Assembly (NCBI GenBank): GCA_965649765.1
Contig: OZ287756.1
Coordinates: forward strand, 50,344,001 to 50,408,000
DNA length: 64,000 bases
Source of the DNA: Bispira polyomma
Lineage: Eukaryota
Reading direction: 5' to 3'
Part shown: piece after piece, positions 14,046 to 25,832 of the stretch
Numbering within the stretch: position 1 is the first letter of the stretch
How the letters are laid out: each line of letters opens with the position of its first letter
Made by a program: the position numbers and the translations under genes
Notes under the pieces: model-generated
What the model was told of the DNA's origin: nothing
The model's database searches: none
Seen by the model: the letters and a program-made list of their open reading frames with translations, nothing else

Positions 14046-14906
14046 TTAAAAGGGTCCTTCTTTAAGATTCTGGATGTTTTTAACGAGCGCATCACACTTT
14101 TGTTTGAATGTCTGATCTGGTTTGAAATGAAGACACCTAAGTTTCATCATCCACATGTTTTGCCGCATCAAGCTATCAACCCCGCTGTTTACTGTCCCAT
14201 CCTTGTTTGGTGTACACCACTTCCAAGTTCTCTTACATATTACTGTAGAACGTTGAAGCGTTTCCTCTTCTTCATCCTCTGAATCATCGGGTAGTCCGTC
14301 CACATAATCTTGATCCACTATACTGATTACAGAAAGTCCGTGGTGTATTCCATAGGTGTTTAGTAGATGGTCAAAATGAGTGCTTTCTTTTGGGTAGGCT
14401 GATTTTAGATTACGAAGGTGAAATATGTCAATGGGTACCACGATGTAGAGGGCCCAGGGATGTTTGCGGTGCATCAATTCCGCTTTGACTTTAATCTCAA
14501 AAGATGTGATCATCCTCTCAAACAATTGTTCAAAGTTCCTCGGTTCAATAGGGTTATCGTCGTACTCGGACAGATGCATATAAACGTTATCCAATTCACT
14601 ATTTATGTTTAAACTATATTGTAAAGCCGGTAATGCTCGCGATGTTGTAAGCTCGCTGTAGCCATTTAGAATAACAACTCTTGTGGGAATTACTGCTAAG
14701 TTTTGTATTTTTAGTTGCGCCTCTGGTGCTTGCACGTCAGTACTTGGATGCGGTCTTTTAACACGCAGCAGCAATTTTGGAGTCCCCGGCGGATAAGGAC
14801 CAGTGGTTGCTGGTATTCTTGTTTGCACACCTAAACTGTGTGCCTTCATTGGTTTTAAAGTCATCAACACCTTTGGGTAATGTGGGTTTTTTCCACCCAA
14901 ATCCAT
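14046..14906 (-). CDS. Hypothetical virus-like protein, 286 aa (paralogue of 18190-18866)
   Basis: Intact ATG-to-TAA ORF with downstream AATAAA; aligns by eye with the 18190 ORF. Confidence 0.75.
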   Translation of the reverse strand: MDLGGKNPHYPKVLMTLKPMKAHSLGVQTRIPATTGPYPPGTPKLLLRVKRPHPSTDVQAPEAQLKIQNLAVIPTRVVILNGYSELTTSRALPALQYSLNINSELDNVYMHLSEYDDNPIEPRNFEQLFERMITSFEIKVKAELMHRKHPWALYIVVPIDIFHLRNLKSAYPKESTHFDHLLNTYGIHHGLSVISIVDQDYVDGLPDDSEDEEEETLQRSTVICKRTWKWCTPNKDGTVNSGVDSLMRQNMWMMKLRCLHFKPDQTFKQKCDALVKNIQNLKEGPF

Positions 14907-14945
14907 GTTTTTTTTTTAAAAAAAATATGTCACGTTCACTTTTTT

Positions 14946-15209
14946 ACATATAATGTGTAGACCCTTATTTTGGTTTTCGGCTACGGTTTCATCCTATAAC
15001 CACGACAGAAGGTCAATAAAATTCTTTGACGAGCACCATAAATAGAACCGAAGATATAAAATAATAGATTCCTTCGGCTCTTTCGATATACCACGATGGT
15101 AGGTAACTTAAGTTCTATTACGGGTTCTCTAAGGAAACCGTAGCCGAAAACCAAAATAGGGGTCTACACATTATATGTGGTGTCTTGGTGTCTTGATTGT
15201 CTTGTTTTT
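14946..15209. repeat. Inverted pair of the same motif around a ~145-bp spacer (MITE-like or hr-like)
   Basis: ACATATAATGTGTAGACCCTTATTTTGGTTTTCGGCTACGGTTTC (14946-14990) is inverted at 15134-15178 and extends as GGTGTCTTGGTGTCTTGATTGTCTTGTTTTTC to ~15210. Confidence 0.9.
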
Positions 15210-18187
15210 CATAATTTTTTCTCAACACCTATTTTGGTAGACTCTGCCATCATCATAAGACCTAATTTTTTTGTAGCTTTAAACCCGCCTCCAAAAACTG
15301 CAGACCAGTCACTTTTTGGCAGGCTGTAACTGGGAACCGTGGTGCATATGATGGTGTCGTCTAACATCAACACCGACACACCCTTGCTCCATAACTCTTT
15401 TTGGTTTTTTTTAAGAGACCAGTTAATATAATCGTTATTTTGAATAGCCACCCCCGAGTAAGCTTTAAACATCTCTTCCATATGTGCATTCACAAAAGGT
15501 CCATTACCGCCTTTATTAAAACCCATTCTCTGTAACATTTTGGTCACTATAGTATGATTATTTCCACCCAGCAAGGCGATCTTTTGTACGGCCGGTTTAA
15601 ATTGAGAATACTTGGCTTCTCTTTCAATGGTGTATTTAAACAAGTCATAGTACCAACAATCATAAAATATAATCTCTAATGATTTGGTACTAAATAGATT
15701 TTTATCTATTTCCAATATCAAATTGTTTAACTGAACCATTAACACACTCAAGGTTAATCTTATTTCACCTCCTTCCAGAGTACTACACGTTATGAAGGGA
15801 TCCGACTTATTTTCACCCCATTCAAGCTTCTTTTTTGTTGGGTCGTAGGAGATGTAAGCCGACAAATTCTTATGGATATCTAAATATCTCTTTAAAAAAA
15901 AAGCTCGTTTAAAATTTGGGGAATCCGATCTCACATCTATGTATTTGTTTCTAAAGACTCGTGCTATGTCTTGAACGAAAGACATACCGTCTTCGGCCGT
16001 TTTATACATCTGAGGGTCTTTTAGTGTTTGCTCGGTTTTGACCAATCCAAAGGCGAAGTAATTTAAAAATTCTAAATAAATCAAATTTTTAGCACCCACT
16101 GGAAAAGCACCCATCGAAAAGATGTTATTGGCGAGGAGTGTCTTAAAATTGTATTTGATTTCTAAAAAACACGGTTTTTCCCAAGCTCGTTTCGCGGTTT
16201 TGGAACCACAGTTTAATGTTTTTGATTTGTTGGTGTAATCCGCTAAGATATGTTGTATCAATTCGTGTAAGTTCATTTTTTTCGTTTTTCCTTTCCAATA
16301 ATAAAAGGACAGTCTCGATAATGGCCCATACCCCTTACCGTCCCCTTTGTCTTTAGGACGCAGTCTTATATTTTGGTCTAGGGGTGCCATTGAATCGGTA
16401 TCCGCCATACATATTTGGCCAGCCACCCTCGATTGGGTAAACCATTCACAAGCTAGCCTATTTTGTTCTCGGGCTATATGAGTAATGGTACCCCCGACTA
16501 CTTTGGATAGGCAAGAGTATACCCCAAAGATACTGTTATTGTTTTTTTTCATGGCTTGCTGTAAGGCGTCGTACAGAGCATAAGTGGGACTTGATTTGTT
16601 CGATCCCATTTGTTTTTTAAAAGCAGTTCTTCTGTCGCTCCACAAAGCACACATTTGATTCGCCACGGCTTTAAAATAACTTTCTCTCATGTAATAGGCC
16701 CTGTAGAATATTTTGTGGTATTTTAGCATCCAGTCTCTAAAATTTAAATGATTTTTTTGAGAATGTTCTGCTCCTTTATAGCATACATCCGGCCGAGTAT
16801 TTGGGACATCCACCACATAATACTGGTCTGGTTTTAACTGGGTGAGGGCAAATTCTTCACTCACCAGACTAGTCAGACATATATTCATGGCTTGCATAAG
16901 AGAGGGATACTGCGCATTAAAATCATCCAATCCGCTAGTAAAATCAGAGTACAAACCTTCTACGTTACTAATAGTTCTACCGGCTCTAGATTGTAAAGCA
17001 TTAAAATAATCGTTTTGTAAATCACCCTTACTATTGGAATAGAAATTGGTATTTTTGTTTTTCTCTTCTAGATCTAGATCACTCGTACCCGTAACGTCTT
17101 CTTCTAACATCTTATAAAATTGTTCTTTTTCATAAGGGGTAGCAATTTCTTCTAAGGTAAAAACTTTTGTTTTCTTTTTCTACTCTGATCCTTTCTTCCG
17201 GTGTTTGGGCGTCTCTCAGAGCGATTCTAATATCCGTGCAACATTCCCCATAGGCACAACAACCCGACACGTCTTCCGGATTGTATTTAGTTCCCGGGAC
17301 ATAAGCTCCCTCGTACCATACATTGTTGGCTGGAACCGAACAAATGTTTCTTCTTCACATAAAAGCATACATCAGATTTAACGTCATTTTCATCCCGTCT
17401 CCCCCAATAGCTTTGCGCACGGGAGCAAATTGAGAATCCGCATCCATTATACAACTGAGGGGGCACATTTGTTGTAAATCTAATAGGGCGGTGATAATAG
17501 TATCCGCCACGTTGTAGGCCACGAATTTATGGATACAGCCCGTTCTCCATGTTGCCGTCAAATTAGCATAATCCACGTCTTGGTCGTGTATTTTTCTGAC
17601 ACCCAGGTGCAATCGAGCACTGCAATCTAACGTCTTATTTCTCGGTTCTGGATCGTTAAGTAGCTGCTGGGGAATAGGTACTTTATCCATAACGTCTCTA
17701 TTTCCCATAAAATTAAACAAGTATGTCTCTACTTCTCTAGATCCTTCTAGGGGTTTGATAACCAAGGTACGGGTATCTAGTTCTTCTTCTTCTTCAGCAT
17801 TGTATAGATCTTCGTTGGTTTTCATCTGATCCAGGCTTTTGATATATTTTTCCTGCCAGCCAGTTTTTGGTCCGCAACGGTATTTCCTTTTTTCCGAGAA
17901 TATTTAATAACGCACGCGTCCGGTCTATATCCAAACTGTAGAGAAAGCTTCGTCCTACGCCTGTCTCTAAACCACGAGGGGTCATTCTCTTTACTTTTTA
18001 CACTCGCTCCTTTGGCTCCCGTGGTTTCTAAACCATGATTTAACATGAGTAAATCGAACTTGGTACCGTTGTAATGGGTTAAAAATTCTGCACCCGTTAA
18101 AGCAAAATAATCCATAAAGCTTTCTATCATTTTTTTTTGGTCCGTAAATTGAAGTAACCTATATCTCTCTTCAAAAGGAGAGGCCAC
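15209..18187 (-). pseudogene. polB: Family-B DNA polymerase of a large DNA virus; frameshifted and 5'-truncated
   Basis: ExoII THYNGTKFD (17822-18187), ExoIII AYNVADT (17355-17825), then DFNAQYPS, KKNNNSIFG and MADTDS (15209-17110) in canonical order. Confidence 0.85.
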
Positions 18188-18189
18188 CT

Positions 18190-18866
18190 TTGGAATATCC
18201 TAAACTAGAAGAAATAACAATCAACTGTACCAGACCACAGCAGACCACTATCATTCATGGTCTTAGTGAATTAACCCAACGAGAGTCTTTACCTCATTTA
18301 AAGAAAGCACTCTGTCAGGATGGAAAAAGAGATACGGTCGGATACTTCATCCATATAACAGGAGCTCGCAACGGGGATCTAGAGCAAGTTTTTGAAAGGT
18401 TGAAGGGAGCTTTTGAAAGAAAAACTGAAACTCATTTCAAGCGCTTCCAACTCCAGTGGGAGCTATTCTTTGTGGTACCCGTTGACATATTCTGGATAAA
18501 CCCAAAAGAATATCGGTGTCCAAGTAAGAAGATTGAAGAATTCGTTGGTGCATTAGAAAAAGGTGGAATAGATACCGTGTCAATGATTAACGTGCTAGAC
18601 CCCAACTACCACAAGATGAGTACGCGCATGAAATAGCTGGGCTAAAACGACAGGAAAGCATAAAAAGGTGTCTGGGTTCTCAGCCGTACCACCGTAGAGA
18701 AGATAGTACTAGAACAGGGTGTGCGAGAGCGGACAAGCTTTTTACTGACCACAGCTTCATAAGCAGCTTGAGGTGTTGCCACTTGTCAAAGATAGGAGTC
18801 GAAAGCGCGTCGAGGAAACTGGTGAAGGTCATCAACGCCCTTGAGCCCCAAACCGACGAGATGTAA
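18190..18866 (+). pseudogene. Paralogue of the 286-aa protein; 5'-truncated, one frameshift near 18620
   Basis: IIHGLSELT..SLP/LEQVFER/WELFFVVPVDIF versus ILNGYSELT..ALP/FEQLFER/WALYIVVPIDIF; the shifted frame gives SLRCCHL...KLVKVINAL versus KLRCLHF...ALVKNIQNL. Confidence 0.75.
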
Positions 18867-18883
18867 AAAAAAGATGGTGTCAT

Positions 18884-19216
18884 TTGACTGACTTAAAAAT
18901 GTTCTACTATGAACTAATTGAATGTATAATTAAAGTGTTGGTAAATTTTTCAAAAGACTTAAAAAAATTGAGCGTTAATATACTGAACGAGACTCATGTG
19001 TACGCCTCTAAAGCCGATGAACTATTAGCAAAGGCAACCGACTTCAAAGATTTGCAGCTAGCAGACATTAATGGTTTGGCGGATAGCCTTGGTTCTTTAA
19101 GTTTCTTAACCGATACACCGGCAGAGCTCGGTATAGCGGGTGTATCAATTTTTATGATTGTAGCAGGCGTCAATTTTGGATTGGTTTTATATACTTGTAT
19201 TAGATCAAGAACTTAA
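18884..19216 (+). CDS. Small or partial protein with a C-terminal transmembrane helix (possible envelope-protein tail)
   Basis: Helical segment, then LGIAGVSIFMIVAGVNFGLVLYTCI and a short basic tail RSRT. Confidence 0.4.
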   Translation: MTDLKMFYYELIECIIKVLVNFSKDLKKLSVNILNETHVYASKADELLAKATDFKDLQLADINGLADSLGSLSFLTDTPAELGIAGVSIFMIVAGVNFGLVLYTCIRSRT

Positions 19217-19550
19217 GAAAAATCTGACTGTATAAAATCTAGTAAAAAAAGAAAAACGATGTCTATATCATACTTAATATTGTTGTAATATCTTGTACCA
19301 TAACAGGTTTTAAAAGACTGATTTTTTTTGTAATCTTTTTATGCATGTTAATCATCTCGTGTTCATTTTAGTTGGGTTGTCACTCTTTTTTTAAAAAAAA
19401 AAACAAAAACTAGCTAGAAATCTGTTCGGGTCAAGAGGGTTTTTTTTCAAAAAAAGAGTTCTGGTCCTTTTGTTGCCCAAAATAGCCCGCAATAGCATTT
19501 TGGTAACTAGCTAGTGAAGCGGGTGTATATATATATATATACATGTAGAA

Positions 19551-19623
19551 AAATGAAAAACAAGACAATCAAGACACCAAGACACTACATATAATGTGTA
19601 GACCCTCATTTTGGTTTTGGTTC
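19551..19623. repeat. Fifth copy of the dispersed viral-block motif, next to (AT)8
   Basis: AAAATGAAAAACAAGACAATCAAGACACCAAGACACTACATATAATGTGTAGACCCTCATTTTGGTTTTGG. Confidence 0.9.
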
Positions 19624-21715
19624 ATAAGAAAGACCCGATAGGATCGAGCCTCACTGGAAGCGGGTAGTTTTAAAGTAAAACATGATTTATTGTCATCTTA
19701 AAGATTACGGGAACCACTGTAACTGCTAAAAAAAATAAGAGGGTTTTTGGCAGGAGGGAGTGGCTTAGAGTGTGTCTAGTATAACTGGTAAACAAAAAGT
19801 ACAGGAAATATATACTGGAGGGGGGGGGGGGAGGGGTCAACAAACTATGGGTTGGTGGAGCCTGTATCAATGCACTGGCACTTTTTGAGACCACCATTTA
19901 GTAAATTGAATGCCATCCCAGTACTAGCTAGTTTGATGGGCTTAGTTGTTTTTTCTGTTCAATATTTGGTTAAATGCTGCATTAGAACTATTTACCTATT
20001 ATTGAGTTTTTAAATAAAAGAAGATATATTTTAACTCTACAATAAGGTCTTTAAATCTTTGAATTGAGTGTTCAGAAATACAGCCAAGTGTCCATTTCAT
20101 ACCAAGCATGACCGTAAAAGGCTCTTGCAAAACTATGAGGACTTTAGTTGTGATCTCTATACAATGAACAGCTACATCAGTCAAACATTTGAATATAGGT
20201 GTCTCTATTTTAAACTTGATGGTATAACGAAGGTCACCACAGAAAAATTCTTATCTGACACTTATAGGACAACAAAGCAAGGATGCAAGTATATTTGACA
20301 ATACCATCATAAGCAATTTCAAAACCGTCTTCGAAATGTGGTAAAATACTCTCAAGAGGAAAAGTGGTTCAGGTAGACCTCACAGAATGTTTTTTCAGTG
20401 AAAAAAATTGCAGCCTGGAGAAACAAGTGTCACCATTTTACCTGCATTTTGCAAGAAACATTACTTAGAAAGCAGGGGGATTTGGGAATATAGTATAACC
20501 TCTGTTATTTAAAGAGATTTCTAATGTAATTTATTCACACAATAAATTTTGCATCTATCGAAGAAATATTTGGTTTGTAAAAATGACCAAATATCCTGGT
20601 ATAATTCTTTATCCCCTGCCAAAGATGTTGAAGGGATACAGGAATTGTCATGGTCCATAAGTCTGCTGTACCATAATTTGCTAATTACAAATGATAAGTC
20701 TATATTTGGGTAAATTATGACTATATGAAGTAGCAACTTAATGGGTTGTGTGCATCAGTCTTTTTTATTCAGGGAAGATTGCCAGGATACGCAGTGGTAA
20801 GCCCTAAAAGACTACATTTTGGTTTCCACAAGTGGCAGTGATTACATATGTGGCATATGTTTTTAGATCTTACACAGTGTCAGATTTGTTCTTGATTATT
20901 GATGTATAGCATAAAAACGATTGGTAGGGTAGTTGTTTTTTTTGTTTGAAACTCACTTACATTAAGCAGGTGATAACAAATATGTGAATTTGCTTGTTTG
21001 TTTGGATGCCTTTGTTTTGTGTAGTTGGCAAACATGGGATATATAGGGCATCTTGTTAATTCTTCCTAACATTAAATATGTGGAAAACAGAAGCTAGATA
21101 ATATAGCTTGTGTTAAGACGATTTTGTTGAAAATACAATGATGTACTATTATCCTTTAAAATATCTTGCCAATATTTTGTATTGATACATGAACATATGA
21201 TTCCATCCAACTTTCTGCAAGTTTCTGTATTCACAGATTTGCATTTGGTACAGTTAAGTAAATCAGTATCTAATTAAAAGAAGATTTTTGAATCAAACTT
21301 TCATATCAGATTAAGAAGGGAGGGTATAAATAGACTCCAGAGGGTGTAGAGGGCCTTACAAACTGCCGACAAAATGACACAACACTACAGTGGATGATAT
21401 GCAACTTAACGACAGTGATATACACAACAAACAGAACACCACACTACATAATCCACATAAAGAATACATCACCACGGCAAAGAGGGGGGAAGTATAAGAC
21501 AATAGAAGAATTAATCAATCTAGGCGATGACACAATGTGTTGTAGAGATCTCTCCAAGTTAAATTGCATTGTCGTGTAGTGGAGTGTCATGCAGGGAACA
21601 CTTGGGGATACAGATCTGGCTAACCTTTATACATCATCTTGTTTTTATTTTAATGTAGTGTTGTGTCATGTAGTTAGCAGTCTATAAGGCCCATAAATGA
21701 TGTTCTCTCAAATTT

Positions 21716-21867
21716 ATCACAACAGATACCAGTCTGGAAATGTATAGACTGCAAGATAATAGGCAAGTTATTGTGATCTTTACCAGGTTCAGGTATAGCT
21801 AGATTGGTGGGTTTTTTTCCAGCAATCAGCGATTACAAATGTTTCCTCGCAAATGCTTTACTGTGAT
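21716..21867. repeat. Satellite (same family as 8090-10060), left part of a tract interrupted by the LINE
   Basis: TCACAACAGATACCAGTCTGGAAATGTATAGACTGCAAG matches ~9055-9200; continues collinearly at 45381. Confidence 0.85.
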
Positions 21868-22150
21868 TTAAGTTAAGTTAAAATTTTTGTGCAAAAACAC
21901 CTTAGTGTCATACTGCACTATTAAAATTAATAAATACATTAACTAAATATATACAAACAACATTAACATTAAACACACGAAACAATGACTAGATCAGAGA
22001 ATAAAATGCCAAAAATATAAAATATAACAAATAAATACAAAATATAAAGATAACAATACTACAAACAAGACTAGATTATAAAAAACAAAGAAATCACAGA
22101 AAACACAATAAATTAACTCCTATTAACAGAATAAATTATTTAACTATATC

Positions 22151-22202
22151 TTAAAACTTATAAAACAAACCTATTTCCTTTAAATAATTAAAAATAATAT
22201 AT
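22151..22202 (-). pseudogene. Displaced last codons of LINE ORF2 (IIFNYLKEIGLFYKF*)
   Basis: In frame with ...LKELLHTNVY at ~39970 once the piggyBac and one ATAT are removed. Confidence 0.85.
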
Positions 22203-25083
22203 CCTTTAGAGTGCCAAAATGTAATTTGCCGTGTTTTTTTTTCGATTGCCGTAATGCGGAAGACCTAACTCTGTTGGACTGCCGAACCGTAATTTGCGTA
22301 TAAAATTCCAGCTTTAGACAACGCCACATGTTTATTCTGCAGGAGTGCCAAACCGTAATTTGCGGATGTTTTTTCAGTTATTTGAAGCGCGGTATGTAAG
22401 TACAGGCCAAGAGCCGTTTTAGTTTTTTTGTAGCTATTTATTTATGATAAAACAAAGTGAGAAACATTCCTGTGCTACATATTTTAAAGGGTGGCAAGTA
22501 TTGATTATTTTTTGTCTGCCATCTCGTAATATTATGTTCATTTAACACAGAAAAGGACCTTTAGAAAAGGCCCATATTATCGCCCACTGTGTAGGCACCA
22601 TATAAACATCTTGTTAGACATGAATGTATACATTCTTTCGTCAAATTAAACATGTTATCTGTTACTAAAATAGTATGTAAGTATCTTTCTTAAATCCAAT
22701 AAAAATAAAATTTAAATGCTGCTGAGATTTTACGTAAGAAATACATCCACTAAATTACACATTGGCGCTGACAGGTTCCTACATTTCCAATGTTGTCTCC
22801 ATGTGTCGATTAGGGCCGTTATTCTAAAAATAATTGCCGATTATTCACTCATAACTCAGAAATTACTGAAGTTAAAAATAACATGAAAATATTCCGAGAA
22901 AGCTTACTTTATTGCGATTAGTTTGGTTTTTGTTGTATCAAAATCTGTCGAGAAATGGCCGAGATATTTAAGTTTAAATACAGGTACCCATTTGCAGATA
23001 AATAGTTGAATACGTCAAAATAACCTTGAAATAAAAGACAAGCCCATTAGTTTATTAATATTCTATTTCCATCATTTATTCTACTGTTCTATAAGACAAA
23101 TCCTTCTTAAATATTGTCTTAATAAACTTATTTGTCTCAGCCATTTGTTAATGGATTTTTATTAACATTGCCTTTGAAATAATATACTTCGATTTTTTTC
23201 TTCATTGATTGTCAGGGACCAATTTACATATATTTATTTCTATATACTTGGAGCCAAATCCCTGTGGAGTAAAACCTCTTGCAAGATACCCTACCTATTT
23301 TATCACTGTGTACCAATTATCGCTACCCAAATTGTAACTTTTTTATGTGATTAGATTCCTGAAAAGAAATTTATCAGACAAAAATGTTTACTGCCCTGCT
23401 TCCTATTATCGACAGGTATCAATTATCGCCAGCCTAAATTTTAAACCAAATTCTTTGTTGCCAAAACAGCCCTGTTTTCATTGATGTGTGGCTGTTAGCG
23501 ACAGAGTGGTTAACATAAACCATACTTCACAAATCTGAAAACGGCACATGTAACATACAAAAAGAACCTTCCAAAGTTGTTTGCGGTTATATTGGTAATA
23601 AATAACAGCCGTATACAGTGTTATAACTTGTGGCCAAGCTAAAAGCAATTGTTTAAAAATATATCATCATTTAAAAATATTTCTGTATCTCGCTTTGTAT
23701 ACATAATTGTAAATTGTCGTGTCAGATTTGTTAACTTCTGTCCCTCGCCATGCATATCAACAGTAAAAATCAAAGCATCGTCAAGGACAGACAAATTGCT
23801 CTATATAAATTTAAACTATTATAAAATGGCAAATAGTATCTCCTAAGTCTGAAAAAATTTGGCGTAGCTTTTGCTGTGTATTGTAAAAGATCAGCTACAA
23901 TTAAATGGGAGTGATTGAATTGGTACATGGTGATAGGTGGTACATGGCAGTAAATAGTATACATTATAATAATTTACATTCATATAGTTTAACAGATTGG
24001 TTCATTAATAAGTTCATTCTGGGTAACAAAATTCTCCAGTGGGTTAGACCGGTTTTCTGTCCCATCACAGGATGATTTTATTTTACTGATAGTAAGCATC
24101 ATGAGTGACAGAATTGTTAACTAGCGAATCCTTGTTAATGTGTAAGAACAATAAAAATGCCAGAAATAACACCCTAAAATCAAGAATTGGTTAGTAGAAA
24201 CTACATGTACATGGAATTGAAGATAAATGAAAATAAATGACAATATCAAAATTTTTGTGAACCATTTTAGTCCATATTTGTAAGTATCAAAAATGAATGC
24301 AATTATTATACACATCTTGAATGAAAATGTAAAAGTGTATGTTTCAGACAGTTAATGCTTGGAAAAGAACTGGTGTGGATCTGTGGCCAGATGAGGCGAT
24401 TTGTCTGGATAACGCACCATTTACTGACTGAACACTACTGCCCATCAGCATTGACTACTGATTATTGCAACCCCAAATTTAAATCATTACATTAAATGTG
24501 AGTAGCTTCTGAACATTTTATTTCTGAGTGTCGGTAATTGGTAGCCAACAATAATTTGTAGCATGGAAGTACCAGGAAAGTTTTTTCACTCAATTAAATA
24601 AACTAAAAACAAGTTTGCCAGAGTTAATAAGTTACGGCGGATTTACAGCATGGTCCATGTGTTGTACATTATATTCCAGGAATTATTCTAGATTACGATT
24701 GTCTGTATCCAAACAATTATGGGGCAATATGATGAGCCAACTAATTTTATGAAAAGTAACTTTTATGTATTTACGTATTGTGAATGAAATATATTCATTG
24801 GTAGGAAACTGTCAACTTATTATTTATTACTAAAATTAGTTGTATTTTCCCTGAGTGAAAATATTAGTGTATCATTTATACGCAGAAATGTGAAAAACAG
24901 TTACACACACTATGTTGATCTAACACGTACTACTTTGTATATGTACAAATCTCAATCCAGGTCCACAGATTAACCAGCTTGACAGAAAAGATTTGATTGG
25001 TCACAAGTTCTAATGGATTGTCACTTCAAATAATTGGACTACCAATTAAGGTAACATTTTGAATGTGTGTGCAACTAATGAAG

Positions 25084-25240
25084 CAGGGGCCATATTCACA
25101 AACAGTCTTAGTCTTAAGCTTAACATTTATGTCTAAAATATTTGATGGATTTGTGTTAAGAGCAATGTTTATGCAAACCAAAGACCTGTTCTTACTGTCC
25201 CTATACTTAAGACTAAGACCGTTTGTTAATACGGCCCCTG
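25084..25240. mobile_element. MITE (PIF/Harbinger-like TIR)
   Basis: CAGGGGCCATATTCACAAACAGTCTTAGTCTTAAG ... CTTAAGACTAAGACCGTTTGTTAATACGGCCCCTG. Confidence 0.8.
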
Positions 25241-25324
25241 CTTCATTAGTTAATAATAACATAACATACTTGAACCTAATCATTTGTATTGTTGTCAGTA
25301 CAGTTTACATTCAAAACTATCTAT

Positions 25325-25832
25325 GTAGAGTCATTTTTCGTTTGGGAATCCGTACTGATGTCACACCATACCTTAAGAAACTTCTCTGGCTTCCTATTCA
25401 CCATCGAATCCTGTTTAAAATGCATGTAACCATTTTTAAAGCTGTTGTCTCTCAACAGCCTCACTACCTCACTACTAAGCTTTCCTTCAGCAGCCTTCCA
25501 AGGGGAAAAAGACTCTGTTTTCTTTAAAACACCCACCAAGAGGGTTGGATTTAAAGCCTTCTTGGTCGCCGCCCCTATGTTATGGAACAGTCTTCCAGTT
25601 GAACTCAGACTGCTCGATACACTTTCTGGTTTTAGGAAAAGGCTTAAAACCTATCTCTTCAGCCTCGCCTATCCGCCGTAGTCCTCTTCCTGGGCGCTGA
25701 CGCATCCATCCTTACGACCTGGCTATGTTTTTCATTATTCTTTTGGCTGATTGATTCTGATATTGCGCCTTAGAAGATGCCTAGCAACAATAACGCGCAT
25801 TAAAAATATACAATACAATACAAAAAATACAA
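25325..25832 (+). mobile_element. 5'-truncated L2/CR1-group LINE 3' end
   Basis: VTPYLKKLLWLPIHHRILFK and AFLVAAPMLWNSLPVELR...FRKRLKTYLF; (CAATA)n tail at ~25808-25832. Confidence 0.85.

Larger units (their letters stand above)
11330..19660. mobile_element. Endogenous large-dsDNA-virus-derived block (boundaries approximate)
   Basis: Intronless, CpG-richer, densely coding segment with a PolB, a nuclease, two paralogous unknown ORFs and a TM-protein fragment, interspersed with a private repeat. Confidence 0.7.

Noticed and set aside
15209-17110. PolB as the missing pPolB of the Polinton at 54929
   Set aside because: Motifs and spacing do not match protein-primed PolBs, and it lies 38 kb outside the Polinton terminus with a different composition
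22198-22201. TATA as the piggyBac TSD
   Set aside because: Would shift the LINE ORF2 frame at the reconstructed empty site; ATAT restores it
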